A stretch of DNA of 64,000 nt from Minisyncoccota bacterium (lineage in GTDB: Bacteria; Patescibacteriota; Minisyncoccia; JAHIHE01; JAGLIN01): contig JAQVBZ010000001.1 of assembly GCA_028690055.1 (NCBI GenBank), positions 20,452-84,451 on the forward strand. Direction: 5' to 3'. Below, in pieces: positions 1 through 9,921 of this stretch. The position numbers were made by a program, and so were the translations under genes. Under the pieces are notes generated by a model that searched no databases, was not told where the DNA came from, and saw only the letters and a program-made list of their open reading frames with translations. Within the stretch, counting starts at the first letter, position 1; every line of letters begins with the position of its first letter.

Positions 1-1
1 C

Positions 2-1150
2 GGGGAACACGTCGATCTCAACCGCTCACTCAAAGACCGTATTTCGGGAAGAACGGCTCTTACCGATATCAAGGATCCGGAAACAGGCAAACTTCTGGTG
101 GAGAAGGGTATGCAAATCACTAAAGATGATGCCAAGCTGGTGGAAGCGGCAGGAATCAAAGAGGTAAACGTGCGCAGCTTGGTTAGTTGCAAGACTCGTC
201 GCGGTTGTTGTCAGCAGTGCTACGGACACGACCTCGGCAAGAACAAGCTGGTGGAAATCGGTGAGGCGGTAGGAATCGTGACCGCACAGGCTATCGGTGA
301 GCCGGGAACCCAGCTTACTATGAGAACCTTCCATAGTGGAGGTGTGGCCGGAAAAGATATTACACAAGGTCTCCCTCGTGTGGAAGAAATCTTCGAGGCT
401 CGTATGCCTAAAGGAAAAGCCATCATCTCCGAGGTGGATGGAAAAGTGGTCGATATTGAGAAGCTTGGAGATAAGAAAACTATCAAGATTGAGTATCAAG
501 TGAAGGAGGCCGGTAAGGAGGAAGAAGGTGAGCCTATCAAGAGCTACACTATGGATAGCGATATCGCACTCTTGGTTGATAAAGGCGATCTCGTCGTTGC
601 CGGACAGCAGCTGGTGGAAGGACATGTTGATGTTCATGAACTTTTCAATCTCAAGGGTATCGAGGAAGTCAAACGCTACATCATCAAAGAAGTCCAACAG
701 GTATATACTTCTCAGGGTGAATCTATCGACGACAAGCACATTGAGATCATCATCAAGCAGATGCTGTCTCGTATGCGCGTAACCGATCCGGGGGATACGA
801 CGCTCCTTATCGGCGATGTCATTGAAAAGGCACAGCTGGCCGATGCCAATGAAGAAGTCAATAACTGGAACGATGAGCATACTGGTGTGACTGACAAGAA
901 GAAAAATCTTGCTACCGCCGATCAGTTGCTCTTGGGAATTACCAAGGCATCTCTCGCGACCGAGAGCTTCCTCTCAGCCGCATCTTTTCAGGAAACGGCA
1001 CGTGTTCTTATCGGTGCCGCAACCTCGGGCAAGGTGGATAAACTCCGCGGGCTCAAAGAGAATGTCATTATCGGACGCCTCATTCCGGCCGGTACCGGTT
1101 ATAAGCGAGGTTTCGGTGGTACTAACATCGAGCTTGAAGAAGAAAAATAG
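2..1150 (+). CDS. rpoC: DNA-directed RNA polymerase subunit beta' (C-terminal part; 5' end upstream of window)
   Basis: Frame is open from nt 2 with no stop. Translation contains conserved beta' C-terminal blocks (AQAIGEPGTQLTMRTFHSGGVA; LLGITKASLATESFLSAASFQETARVL; GLKENVIIGRLIPAGTGY). Stop at 1150. Confidence 0.9.
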   Translation, partial: GEHVDLNRSLKDRISGRTALTDIKDPETGKLLVEKGMQITKDDAKLVEAAGIKEVNVRSLVSCKTRRGCCQQCYGHDLGKNKLVEIGEAVGIVTAQAIGEPGTQLTMRTFHSGGVAGKDITQGLPRVEEIFEARMPKGKAIISEVDGKVVDIEKLGDKKTIKIEYQVKEAGKEEEGEPIKSYTMDSDIALLVDKGDLVVAGQQLVEGHVDVHELFNLKGIEEVKRYIIKEVQQVYTSQGESIDDKHIEIIIKQMLSRMRVTDPGDTTLLIGDVIEKAQLADANEEVNNWNDEHTGVTDKKKNLATADQLLLGITKASLATESFLSAASFQETARVLIGAATSGKVDKLRGLKENVIIGRLIPAGTGYKRGFGGTNIELEEEK

Positions 1151-1235
1151 GATTAAGGACATTTTACGAACAGCGACTTTTAAAAGGGTCGTTGTTTTTG
1201 TTGTACCTTGTTTTTTGCGGGAGTATATTTAAACT

Positions 1236-1375
1236 TTTCGCGGGAGCAGGTTTAAACCTGTTCCTTTCGGTTTGGATTTTACAACAAAACATCATAAGGT
1301 AAGCAAGGCTATCTTGAACAGTATCAATAAAAACTGGTGATGAAAATATATTAGTTTATTGAGTTTTCAAACCCG
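1236..1375 (+). repeat. Conserved ~140-nt noncoding element, family 5 copy a (terminator hairpin + conserved downstream segment)
   Basis: About 70% identical over ~140 nt to 38414-38555, including the exact 23-mer GCGGGAGCAGGTTTAAACCTG. Confidence 0.6.
1247..1268 (+). terminator. Putative rho-independent terminator after rpoC (palindrome CAGGTTTAAACCTG + T-rich)
   Basis: 14-nt perfect palindrome followed by ttcctttc. It is part of the conserved family-5 element also found after the 37402-38379 gene. Confidence 0.5.
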
Positions 1376-1587
1376 AATGACCGAGCATAAAACCGTCCTC
1401 GTATCGTGGAGACCGCCTCCCCGCTAAGCGTCGAAAAATTCGTAGATTGTGAGCTGCGGATAGCATCTTTTTTACCCCGTTTTATTCCCTTCTGTCGCAT
1501 TATTTGTGGACTGGCAGTTTTTGTGCGTTCTCTTTGCCTCAAACGCTATTTTGGGCTATACTGTAAGGGTAATAACTTAAGCAGATT

Positions 1588-3909
1588 TTGGATATGAGTA
1601 GAAAAAAGGGTAAGAAAAAAGGCGGAGATTTCAAACTTGATTTGCCGCAGATCGGTTTGGGTGACGGGGTCAATAAAGATATTTTCGGCATTTTGCTGTT
1701 TGCTTTCGGGGCGATTACCGCGCTCAGTTTTCTTTCTCTCTCCGGAGCGCTCGGGGCTGATCTCAACAGGTTTACCCGTATTCTTTTTGGCTATGGTTTT
1801 GTCGTAGTTCCTTTCGTTCTTTTTATCTGGGGATGGCGAATCATAAAGTCGGAAAGTCTCTTCAAAAGCCAATCATATTTTATCGGAATCTTTTTGCTGG
1901 TGATTTCTATATTAACCTTCCTGCATCTTCCCTACGCGCCGGATACGATGTTCGCTGCAGCGCAAGAGGGGAAGGGTGGAGGTCTTTTTGGTGCAGCTGT
2001 CGCCTGGGCTTTTGTAGGACTTGTCGGCAAATGGGGGGCGGCGGTTTTGGCCTTCGCACTTTTGATATCGTCAATCGTTTTTACTGTTCAAATTTCGCTT
2101 TTGCAGATATGGAATTCTTTGAAGTCGCTGGTAATCGCACCGTCCGAACCACAAGATATAAAAAATAATCCCGCTAAAGTTGTAGTAGCTGGAACCAAGG
2201 AAGAACGACCGGGATTTCTTGGTGCTCTAAAAGAAAAGATTGCGGGCAAGAAAAAATCGGAAGCTAGGGCGGATATTGAGAAAGAAAATGAAGCTACGAC
2301 AGAGGAAGTGATGCCGGTATTCTCTGTTAAAACGATGGAGGAAGAAAAACCGATAGCGACATCACGAGGAGGCGAAGAAGTAGAAAAGAAAGACAAAGAC
2401 AGAGAGAAAGATATCGTCAAGGAAGAAGTGACAGTAAATCGTTTCATAGATAAGAAGAGTAATTGGAAATTGCCGACAGTAGCCCTTCTAAACGGTTCGG
2501 ACAGCGAACCTACCAGCGGCGACATTCAGGCCAATTCCAATATCATAAAGCGGACGCTTTCCAATTTCGGTATCGAGGTGGAGATGGGTGAGGTCAACGT
2601 CGGACCGACGGTGACGCAGTACACATTAAAACCTTCAGTGGGCGTGAAGCTCAGTAAGATTACCGCGCTACAAAATGACTTGGCACTCGCGCTGGCCGCT
2701 CGGACTATCCGTATCGAGGCGCCGATCCCCGGCAAGAGCTGGGTCGGCATCGAGCTGCCTAACCAAACAGTGGCTATGGTCACTCTTAAGAATGTTTTGG
2801 ACTCTCCTGAATTCCATAATCGCAAGACCAATCTCAGTATGATTCTGGGGCGCGATGTGGCGGGAAATTCGGTGATTGCTAACGTTGCCAAGATGCCGCA
2901 CCTGATGATTGCCGGCTCGACGGGCAGTGGCAAGACGGTCTGTGTCAATACGCTAATTACAGGGCTGCTCTTCCAGAATTCTCCTGAAAATTTGAAATTC
3001 ATTATGATCGATCCGAAGCGCGTGGAACTTACTCCTTACAATGATATCCCTCACCTCTTGGCGCCGGTTATCGTTGATCCGGACAAGGCGATCAATTCGC
3101 TAAAATGGGCGGTGAAAGAAATGGAAAATCGCTATGACTTGCTCAGTAAATTCGGCTGTCGCAATATCGAGTCCTATAACGAGGCGGTGAAAACGAGGTT
3201 CACAGACCAGGACCCTCTGCCTTACATCATTATCGTCATCGATGAAATGGCGGACCTTATGGCCACGCACGGGCGGGAAATGGAAGCAGTGGTTGTGCGT
3301 CTGGCACAGATGGCGCGCGCTATCGGTATCCATTTGGTTCTTTCGACACAGCGTCCGTCGGTGGAAGTTATTACCGGACTCATCAAGGCGAATATCACGA
3401 CCCGCATCGCTTTCTGTGTGGCGAGCCAAATCGATTCGCGCACTATTTTGGACGCGTCGGGTGCGGAAAAACTTTTAGGAAATGGGGATATGCTTTATCT
3501 TTCCAGCGATGCCAGCAAGCCTAGGCGTATACAGGGTGTTTTTATTTCAGAAGAGGAGGTGGGTAAAGTGGTAGATTTCATCAAGTCACAGAAGCAAGAA
3601 GGCACCGAATATGATAGTGAAATCGTGGAGAGCAAGAGATTCGGATCCGATCCTATGGCGGAAAATAACGATGTCGATGACGAACTTTATAACGAGGCAC
3701 TGGAAGTGGTGCGTGATGCCGGCAAAGCTTCGGCTTCTCTACTGCAGCGCCGGCTTAAAGTGGGCTACTCGCGAGCAGCACGGCTCCTGGATGTCATGGA
3801 AGACAAAGGGGTTGTCGGTCCGGCACAGGGAGCTAAACCGCGGGAATTGTATGCGGATGGCGCTGCTTCTGCCGAGGAGGATTTTGAAGATGAAATCAGT
3901 TTAGATTAG
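1588..3909 (+). CDS. ftsK: DNA translocase FtsK/SpoIIIE
   Basis: 773 aa. N-terminal multi-TM region, K/E-rich linker, motor domain with Walker A (AGSTGSGKT) and Walker B (IIIVIDEMADL), C-terminal winged-helix gamma domain (LYNEALEVVRDAGKASASLLQRRLKVGYSRAARLLDVMEDKGVV). Confidence 0.92.
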   Translation: MDMSRKKGKKKGGDFKLDLPQIGLGDGVNKDIFGILLFAFGAITALSFLSLSGALGADLNRFTRILFGYGFVVVPFVLFIWGWRIIKSESLFKSQSYFIGIFLLVISILTFLHLPYAPDTMFAAAQEGKGGGLFGAAVAWAFVGLVGKWGAAVLAFALLISSIVFTVQISLLQIWNSLKSLVIAPSEPQDIKNNPAKVVVAGTKEERPGFLGALKEKIAGKKKSEARADIEKENEATTEEVMPVFSVKTMEEEKPIATSRGGEEVEKKDKDREKDIVKEEVTVNRFIDKKSNWKLPTVALLNGSDSEPTSGDIQANSNIIKRTLSNFGIEVEMGEVNVGPTVTQYTLKPSVGVKLSKITALQNDLALALAARTIRIEAPIPGKSWVGIELPNQTVAMVTLKNVLDSPEFHNRKTNLSMILGRDVAGNSVIANVAKMPHLMIAGSTGSGKTVCVNTLITGLLFQNSPENLKFIMIDPKRVELTPYNDIPHLLAPVIVDPDKAINSLKWAVKEMENRYDLLSKFGCRNIESYNEAVKTRFTDQDPLPYIIIVIDEMADLMATHGREMEAVVVRLAQMARAIGIHLVLSTQRPSVEVITGLIKANITTRIAFCVASQIDSRTILDASGAEKLLGNGDMLYLSSDASKPRRIQGVFISEEEVGKVVDFIKSQKQEGTEYDSEIVESKRFGSDPMAENNDVDDELYNEALEVVRDAGKASASLLQRRLKVGYSRAARLLDVMEDKGVVGPAQGAKPRELYADGAASAEEDFEDEISLD

Positions 3910-3913
3910 TTAA

Positions 3914-4882
3914 GTGTATATTATGTTTAAGAATAAATTTAAAACCAAGCCGATCATCGAGACGATTACCGTGGGTAGCTGTCTTAAGACCAAGCGGGAG
4001 GAACTGGGACTCTCTCTGCCGGACCTAAGCAGGGAACTCGGCATAAAGTACGAGTACCTGAAAAGTCTGGAGGAGGGCGATTATACCCAGCTGCCGCCAC
4101 AGGTTTATGTCCGCGGTTTCATCAAGAGCTATGCAAAACATCTCGACATTGATGCGTCGCAGCTCGTCAAAATTTACAACCGCGAGACGTCCTATCTTTT
4201 TGAGGAAGAGCGGGAGAGCAGACAGCGAAGCGCAAAGGCGAAAAAATCCGATTGGAAAGATTACCTGACTGTCACGCCGCGGATACTGACTGGTATTTTT
4301 AGCCTCTGCATCGTGACGGTTCTTGGATATTATTTTATGCATCAGATAAATTCTTTCAACTCCAAACCATATCTTTTTGTTGACAATCCTGTGGCGGATG
4401 GCGTGGTAAAAGAAAAAGACTTATGGGTTAGCGGCAAGACGGAAAATGACGCCATCTTGAAAATCAACGGACAGGAAATCAGTGTGAATGCGGAGGGTGT
4501 TTTTAGCCAGAAGATAGTACTTGCTGAAGGGAGAAATCTACTGGTGGTGGAAGCCAAAAATAGATTCAGCAAAACTGATAAAAAGGAAATCAATATAGTC
4601 TATGAAAAATCTGAAGAGGACAAACTGGTAGTTAAAGAGTCGGAAGCGGAAACTGTGGCGGAACCGATCAAGGAAATAAGCATTGTCGAGGAAAAGTCCG
4701 GTACTGTAGCTGGAGCAAAGACTCCGGTAGAGCCGGTCAAGAAAGAAATTGTCGTCAAGAAGGAACCCGATTCTGTCTTAGGGGCGAAAGCTTCCGCGGC
4801 GAGCATCGAAGAAGAAGTCGCAGTCAGTGGCAGCGAGGATGCGACAGTTCCGGTCGCAGATACGGAATCGGAAGGATTATGA
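3914..4882 (+). CDS. RodZ-like cytoskeleton protein (XRE-type HTH + single TM + extracytoplasmic region)
   Basis: N-terminus LGLSLPDLSRELGIKYEYLKSLEEGDYTQLPPQVYVRGFIKSYAKHLDID matches the RodZ HTH signature. A TM helix (LTGIFSLCIVTVLGYYF) follows. Alternative start at 3923. Confidence 0.6.
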   Translation: MYIMFKNKFKTKPIIETITVGSCLKTKREELGLSLPDLSRELGIKYEYLKSLEEGDYTQLPPQVYVRGFIKSYAKHLDIDASQLVKIYNRETSYLFEEERESRQRSAKAKKSDWKDYLTVTPRILTGIFSLCIVTVLGYYFMHQINSFNSKPYLFVDNPVADGVVKEKDLWVSGKTENDAILKINGQEISVNAEGVFSQKIVLAEGRNLLVVEAKNRFSKTDKKEINIVYEKSEEDKLVVKESEAETVAEPIKEISIVEEKSGTVAGAKTPVEPVKKEIVVKKEPDSVLGAKASAASIEEEVAVSGSEDATVPVADTESEGL

Positions 4883-5040
4883 TCCACTCACGATTTTGTA
4901 TTTGAGACTATACCGGAAATGGTATAAATGTCGGTCAAAAATGTTTTATCTCGCGCGCACACTTTTTCGAGCGTGGTCCTGAATACGGATTAAAAATACG
5001 AATACAAAAGCATTTAAATATATAAAACTAAATTAAAACT

Positions 5041-6114
5041 ATGGTTAAAAAAGAAACCGATAAGAAAGATGAAGAGCCGGTAGTCGCGGATAAAAAAGCC
5101 GCAGCGCCGATCGTCTCGGACAAGAAAGAGAAGGCTATCAAAGACGCTCTGGATGAAATTCAAAGCCGTTTTGGTGAAGGGGCTATTATGAAGTTGGGCG
5201 ATGCCAAGTCAATGGATGTGGATTTTATTTCTACAGGATCTATTTCGTTGGATATCGCACTGGGGGGCGGAATTCCAAAAGGAAGGATTGTTGAAATCTA
5301 TGGATTGGAATCGAGCGGTAAGACTACTCTTACTTTGCATGTAATTTCTGAAGCACAAAAAAGGGGAGAGTCTGCAGCTTTTGTGGACGCTGAGCACGCG
5401 TTGGATCCGGAGTATGCCAAGAAAATCGGAGTCAATACTAAAGAGCTTATCGTATCCCAGCCGGACAGCGGAGAACAGGCTTTGGAAATAGTGGAGGCTC
5501 TTGTCAGGTCTGGCGCAGTCGATGTCATTGTGATCGACTCGGTGGCTGCATTGACACCGCGAGCGGAAATCGAAGGCGAGATGGGGGATTCCCATATGGG
5601 GCTTCAAGCGCGGCTGATGAGCCAGGCGCTTCGCAAATTGACCGCTATCGTTAGCAAGTCCAACTGTACCGTCATTTTCATCAATCAGATCCGTATGAAA
5701 ATCGGCGTGGTGTTCGGCAATCCGGAAACGACTACGGGTGGTAACGCTCTGAAATTTTATTCTTCGGTGCGTATCGAGGTGCGCAAGGCCGCGCAGATCA
5801 AGCAGGGGGAAAATATCATCGGAAATCGCGTTAAAGCTAAAGTGGTAAAAAACAAAGTTGCTGCGCCTTTCAAAGTTGCGGAATTCGATATCATGTATAA
5901 TGAAGGTATCTCCTATCTGGGGGATTTACTAAACGTTGCCGTCGAGCATGGGGTCGCAAAAAAAGGCGGGGCCTGGTATAACTACAAAGAGATAAAACTG
6001 GGACAAGGGTTCGAGGCCAGCAAGAAATTCTTGAAAGACAATCCTAAGATTATCGAGGAGATGGCGAAGGAAGTGAAGGAGGCGATTAAGAAGGAAGAGT
6101 TGGCTGTTGCATAG
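5041..6114 (+). CDS. recA: Recombinase RecA (with ~25-aa K-rich N-terminal extension)
   Basis: Walker [11 protein letters not shown]; L1/L2 region and [37 protein letters not shown] conserved. Confidence 0.95.
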   Translation: MVKKETDKKDEEPVVADKKAAAPIVSDKKEKAIKDALDEIQSRFGEGAIMKLGDAKSMDVDFISTGSISLDIALGGGIPKGRIVEIYGLESSGKTTLTLHVISEAQKRGESAAFVDAEHALDPEYAKKIGVNTKELIVSQPDSGEQALEIVEALVRSGAVDVIVIDSVAALTPRAEIEGEMGDSHMGLQARLMSQALRKLTAIVSKSNCTVIFINQIRMKIGVVFGNPETTTGGNALKFYSSVRIEVRKAAQIKQGENIIGNRVKAKVVKNKVAAPFKVAEFDIMYNEGISYLGDLLNVAVEHGVAKKGGAWYNYKEIKLGQGFEASKKFLKDNPKIIEEMAKEVKEAIKKEELAVA

Positions 6115-6196
6115 TTAAGCATACTGTGATGGAGAAGGAAAAAATTTTTTCCAGTTTGGCGAATCCGGTTTACGAATATTTTACCGACTAAAATCG

Positions 6197-6232
6197 GAAA
6201 GCCTATCTGGTCTGTCAGATAGGCTTATTTAA
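6197..6232 (+). terminator. Rho-independent terminator after recA
   Basis: Stem AAGCCTATCT...AGATAGGCTT followed by ATTT. Confidence 0.55.
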
Positions 6233-6248
6233 CAACGAATAGAATATC

Positions 6249-9101
6249 ATGAAGAATCTAGCGGGGTTATCCTTAATTCTCTTATTGGTGTTAGTATGTT
6301 TGGCGCCGTCTTCTGTCTGTCGTGTGGCAAACGCCGGTACACTTATTACGGAGGAAAGATTTGAAAACAGTATCAGCTCTTACTGGTACAGGGCAATGAA
6401 TAATTATTCCTATTCCGGTACTTACATTACCTCTCCTTTTGTTTCGCCTACTCATGCTTTTCGTATCGAACTGCATAGCAGCGATTCAGAGGTGGAAGGA
6501 GGCATGCGTGCGGAGTTGGAAAGCGAACCGGAAACGCGGCTGCAGGAGCGCACTTACAATTTTAATATTATGCTTCCCGGCGGAGGGGCGGATGATTATG
6601 CGTTGGATAATTACGATTGCGATGAAATTATTGCTCAATGGCATAACAATCCCGATTCCGGGGAAGATTGGACCATGCCACCACTGGCCCTTACTACAAC
6701 TACAAACGAGAAGGGGGAGGGGCGCTATGTACTTCTGAATCTATGGGATGATGCTGCTAAGTCCACGACGGAAGAAATGAAATCGGAAGGCAAAATCAGT
6801 TATTACGATCTTGGTTCGTATACGGAGGATAAGGGTAAATGGGTTAAATGGACTTTTCATGTCAAATGGGGGTGGCTTTCTTCTCATAACACTATTTTGG
6901 AAGTATACAAGAACGGAAGTTTGATCTTTAGTCATAACGGATATCCCAACACCACTAACGATCAAAAGGGTGTGAATCAACAGTTTGGAGTTTATAAATG
7001 GGAATGGGATGGCAGCGGACCCGATTCCAAACTATCGAAGCGCGTAATCTATTTTGATGATGTTAGCGTATATCAGGGATGGGAGGCTCCCGGTTCCACT
7101 TCTAACCCTCCCGCTACCACTTACACCGTCACAGTAAATAACGGCCTAGGCGGAGGAACCTATTCGGCGGGAGAAGAGGTGACTATTGTAGCTAATCTGC
7201 CTGTTTCCGGCAAAGCTTTTGACAGGTGGACAGGAAGTACTCAATATCTTGATAGCATCACTTCATATACCAATACTTTCACCATGCCCGCATCAAACAT
7301 ATTCTTTACTGCAACCTATCAAAACATAGCCCCCGCCACCTACGACCTCACTGTCACCAAAGGCTCCGGTGACGGAGCATACACTACAGGCACGCAAGTG
7401 ACTATCACCGCCAACACTCCCGCTCCCGGCAAGGTATTCGACAAATGGACAGGCGGTACTTCTAGTATAGCCAGCACGACATCATCGACCACTACAGTCA
7501 CGATGCCATCTGCGGATATCACTTTAATTGCCAATTACAAAGATGCCCCCAAGTATACTCTGACAGTAGCAAACGGTACCGGCGACGGCTCATACGCCCA
7601 AGGCGCGGAAACAGTGATCACCGCCGACACTCCCGCCACCGGCAAAGTCTTCGACAAATGGACAGGCAGTACCACCTACATCTCTAGCACGATATCACCA
7701 ACCACTATCGTAACGATGCCAGCTTCATCCATTACCCTCACTGCCACTTACAGAGATTCCGATCTTCTTGATCCTTCTACCAGCTTCCTGATGATAGGCT
7801 ACGGCTCCGGTGACGGTGCTTACCCTGTGGGTACACAAGTTACCATCACCGCCAATGAACCTGCCAAGGGATTGGTCTTTGACAAATGGACAAGAGACAC
7901 TGAATACGTTTCAGACATATACAGCACGACACCTACAGTTACCATCCCCGATCACGGCATCATCCTTGTTGCTTCATACGAGAGATCCGATGATGAGACT
8001 TTCAGACTGGTAGTATCCGGTGGTACCGGAGGAGATGATTATCTCCCCGGCACAGAAGTCACCATCACCGCCGACACTCCCGATACCAACAAAGTCTTCG
8101 ATCAATGGGTGGGAGACATCAGCCATATCGATGATACCGGCAAAGCCATAGCTATCGTAACTATGCCTGAAGAAGACATTACTCTGGTTGCTACATACAA
8201 AACCATAAACCAAGGAGAATACCTGCTTACCGTAAGGAACGGCACCGGTAACGGTTCTTATCTTCCCGGCTCTGAAATCATTATCAAAGCCGACACTCCT
8301 CCTACCGGTAAGATCTTCAGCAGATGGACAGGCAACACCTCTTACATCAACGACATCGATTCAGCCACTGCCACCGTTACGATGCCGTCGCTATCTATCA
8401 CCTTGACTGCCACCTACAAAGACAAAAACAATAATGGCAATTACCCCGACGGTACTCTCATCAAGCTCCCGGATTCTCCCAAGATATATGTCATCACCAA
8501 TGGAGAAAAGAAATGGATATCTACCCCTGAACAATTCGAACAACTGGGATATCAATGGACAGAGGTACAGACTGTCACCGAAGAGATATTGAGTACTCTT
8601 GAAGACATCGAAGATAATCTGATCCGTCTCATAGGAGACTTCAAAATCTATCTGGTTACCAACGGTACCAAACGTCACATCCCCAACCCCGATGTCTTCC
8701 TTAACTACGGTTTCAATTGGAACGATGTCAAAGAAGTGGATGAATCGATTTTCAACAAATACAAAGATGTCTATCTCATCAGAGAGTCAGGCAAAGAATC
8801 CGTATACTACCTGACCCCCGCGGGCATCCGCAAGCACATCCCCACCACAGACATCTTCAACTCTTACGATGACAAATGGGAAGATGTCCAAATCATTTCT
8901 CAAAACGAGATGAATACTTATACTCTTTCCAATCTTGTCAGGTTGGAAGGAACAAATGACGTTTATCTTATCGAGGGCAATATCAAAAGACGTATCCCCG
9001 ATCCAACAATCTTCAATAAATACAAGTTTAATTGGGAATACGTTCTTTCTGTAAATCAAACAGAATTCAACTGGTACCAGAATGGGGGAGAGTTGAGGTG
9101 A
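6249..9101 (+). CDS. Secreted multidomain protein: signal peptide, concanavalin-like jelly-roll (polysaccharide-lyase/glucanase-like) domain, ~10 Listeria-Bacteroides (Flg_new/InlB-B-type) repeats, 4 C-terminal ~55-aa Trp-containing repeats
   Basis: Signal peptide MKNLAGLSLILLLVLVCLAPSSVCRVANA. The N-domain (res ~40-280) has the block ILEVYKNGSLIFSHNGYP...QQFGVYKWEW...VIYFDDVSV typical of jelly-roll lyases. Repeats of ~80 aa follow with consensus YTLTV.NG.G.GSY..G..VTI.A..P..GKVFDKWTG.T.Y.....S.T..VTMP...ITLTATYK. The C-terminus has 4 repeats with pattern IYLVTNG.KRHIP.P.VF..YGFNW..V. Confidence 0.8.
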   Translation: MKNLAGLSLILLLVLVCLAPSSVCRVANAGTLITEERFENSISSYWYRAMNNYSYSGTYITSPFVSPTHAFRIELHSSDSEVEGGMRAELESEPETRLQERTYNFNIMLPGGGADDYALDNYDCDEIIAQWHNNPDSGEDWTMPPLALTTTTNEKGEGRYVLLNLWDDAAKSTTEEMKSEGKISYYDLGSYTEDKGKWVKWTFHVKWGWLSSHNTILEVYKNGSLIFSHNGYPNTTNDQKGVNQQFGVYKWEWDGSGPDSKLSKRVIYFDDVSVYQGWEAPGSTSNPPATTYTVTVNNGLGGGTYSAGEEVTIVANLPVSGKAFDRWTGSTQYLDSITSYTNTFTMPASNIFFTATYQNIAPATYDLTVTKGSGDGAYTTGTQVTITANTPAPGKVFDKWTGGTSSIASTTSSTTTVTMPSADITLIANYKDAPKYTLTVANGTGDGSYAQGAETVITADTPATGKVFDKWTGSTTYISSTISPTTIVTMPASSITLTATYRDSDLLDPSTSFLMIGYGSGDGAYPVGTQVTITANEPAKGLVFDKWTRDTEYVSDIYSTTPTVTIPDHGIILVASYERSDDETFRLVVSGGTGGDDYLPGTEVTITADTPDTNKVFDQWVGDISHIDDTGKAIAIVTMPEEDITLVATYKTINQGEYLLTVRNGTGNGSYLPGSEIIIKADTPPTGKIFSRWTGNTSYINDIDSATATVTMPSLSITLTATYKDKNNNGNYPDGTLIKLPDSPKIYVITNGEKKWISTPEQFEQLGYQWTEVQTVTEEILSTLEDIEDNLIRLIGDFKIYLVTNGTKRHIPNPDVFLNYGFNWNDVKEVDESIFNKYKDVYLIRESGKESVYYLTPAGIRKHIPTTDIFNSYDDKWEDVQIISQNEMNTYTLSNLVRLEGTNDVYLIEGNIKRRIPDPTIFNKYKFNWEYVLSVNQTEFNWYQNGGELR

Positions 9102-9123
9102 TTAACATAAAACATCTACAAAA

Positions 9124-9157
9124 AAACAGACCTTTTCGGATCTGTTTTTTTGTTTGC
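9124..9157. terminator. Bidirectional rho-independent terminator between the convergent 6249-9101 gene and the rpsR operon
   Basis: A-run, hairpin ACAGACC..GGATCTGT, T-run. Confidence 0.55.
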
Positions 9158-9158
9158 T

Positions 9159-9398
9159 TTATTTGGAGATGTAGGGCAATAGCGCCATAAATCTCGCACG
9201 TTTGATTGCTGTCGCGACCTGTCTCTGGTGCTTGGTGCAAGCCCCTGTCCTTTTCGGGGACATGATTTTGGCGCGTTGGTTGATGAATCTTTGGAGTGTC
9301 TGCGGATCCTTGAAGTCCGCATTTCTCTCGCGCTCCATACAGAAAAGACACTGCTTCTTCACCGTAGGGGCGTTGTTTCTCTTAGTATTGTTTATCAT
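9159..9398 (-). CDS. rpsR: 30S ribosomal protein S18
   Basis: KKQCLFC...DFKDPQTLQRFINQRAKIMSPKRTGACTKHQRQVATAIKRARFMALLPY matches the S18 signature. ATG at 9398 preferred over the upstream TTG at 9407. Confidence 0.85.
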   Translation of the reverse strand: MINNTKRNNAPTVKKQCLFCMERERNADFKDPQTLQRFINQRAKIMSPKRTGACTKHQRQVATAIKRARFMALLPYISK

Positions 9399-9415
9399 GA
9401 TACGCAATTATTTTT

Positions 9416-9883
9416 TTAAAAAGGTATGTCCTCAATTCTGATCTCTTCTTCGAAATTCTCGCTTTCTTTTGCCGGCGCCGGCGCGGAGTGGCTTTCGTGA
9501 GGTGCTGCGCTTGTACTTGCAGGCTTCTCGTAACTGCCGCTGTTTCCGGTACCTTTGCTCTTGGCGCCCATCTGCATATTTTCCGCGATGATTTCCGTGC
9601 GTGACCTTTTTTGTCCGTCTTGGCCTTCCCAAGTTCTGGTTTCCATCCTTCCTTCGAAGAGGACTTCCTGACCTTTGGTCAGGTATTGTCCACAGATTTC
9701 TGCTAGCTTTCCCCAGGCCACGATATTGTGGAACTCGGTTTTTTCCTGTCTTTCGCCGGAATTGTTGTTCCAGACACGGTTAGTGGCGATACTGAGCGTG
9801 GCAACCGATTGTCCGCTGGGAGTGGTGCGGATTTCAGGATCCTTGGTAACTCTCCCGATGACGATAGCTTTGTTGAAATTCAT
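9416..9883 (-). CDS. ssb: Single-stranded DNA-binding protein
   Basis: OB-fold N-terminus MNFNKAIVIGRVTKDPEIRTTPSGQSVATLSIATNRVW...FHNIVAWGKLAE, Gly/Ser-rich linker and acidic tail ending DIPF. Sits in the conserved rpsF-ssb-rpsR arrangement. Confidence 0.9.
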   Translation of the reverse strand: MNFNKAIVIGRVTKDPEIRTTPSGQSVATLSIATNRVWNNNSGERQEKTEFHNIVAWGKLAEICGQYLTKGQEVLFEGRMETRTWEGQDGQKRSRTEIIAENMQMGAKSKGTGNSGSYEKPASTSAAPHESHSAPAPAKESENFEEEIRIEDIPF

Positions 9884-9921
9884 AACCTTAAAGTTATTTT
9901 GTAAAAATTTAGCGGATAAAT

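Noticed and set aside
2088-3002. Minus-strand ORFs (145, 158, 77 aa) inside ftsK
   Set aside because: They are antisense to a strongly supported, conserved FtsK frame. Their composition is low-complexity and no RBS is present. They are frame shadows.
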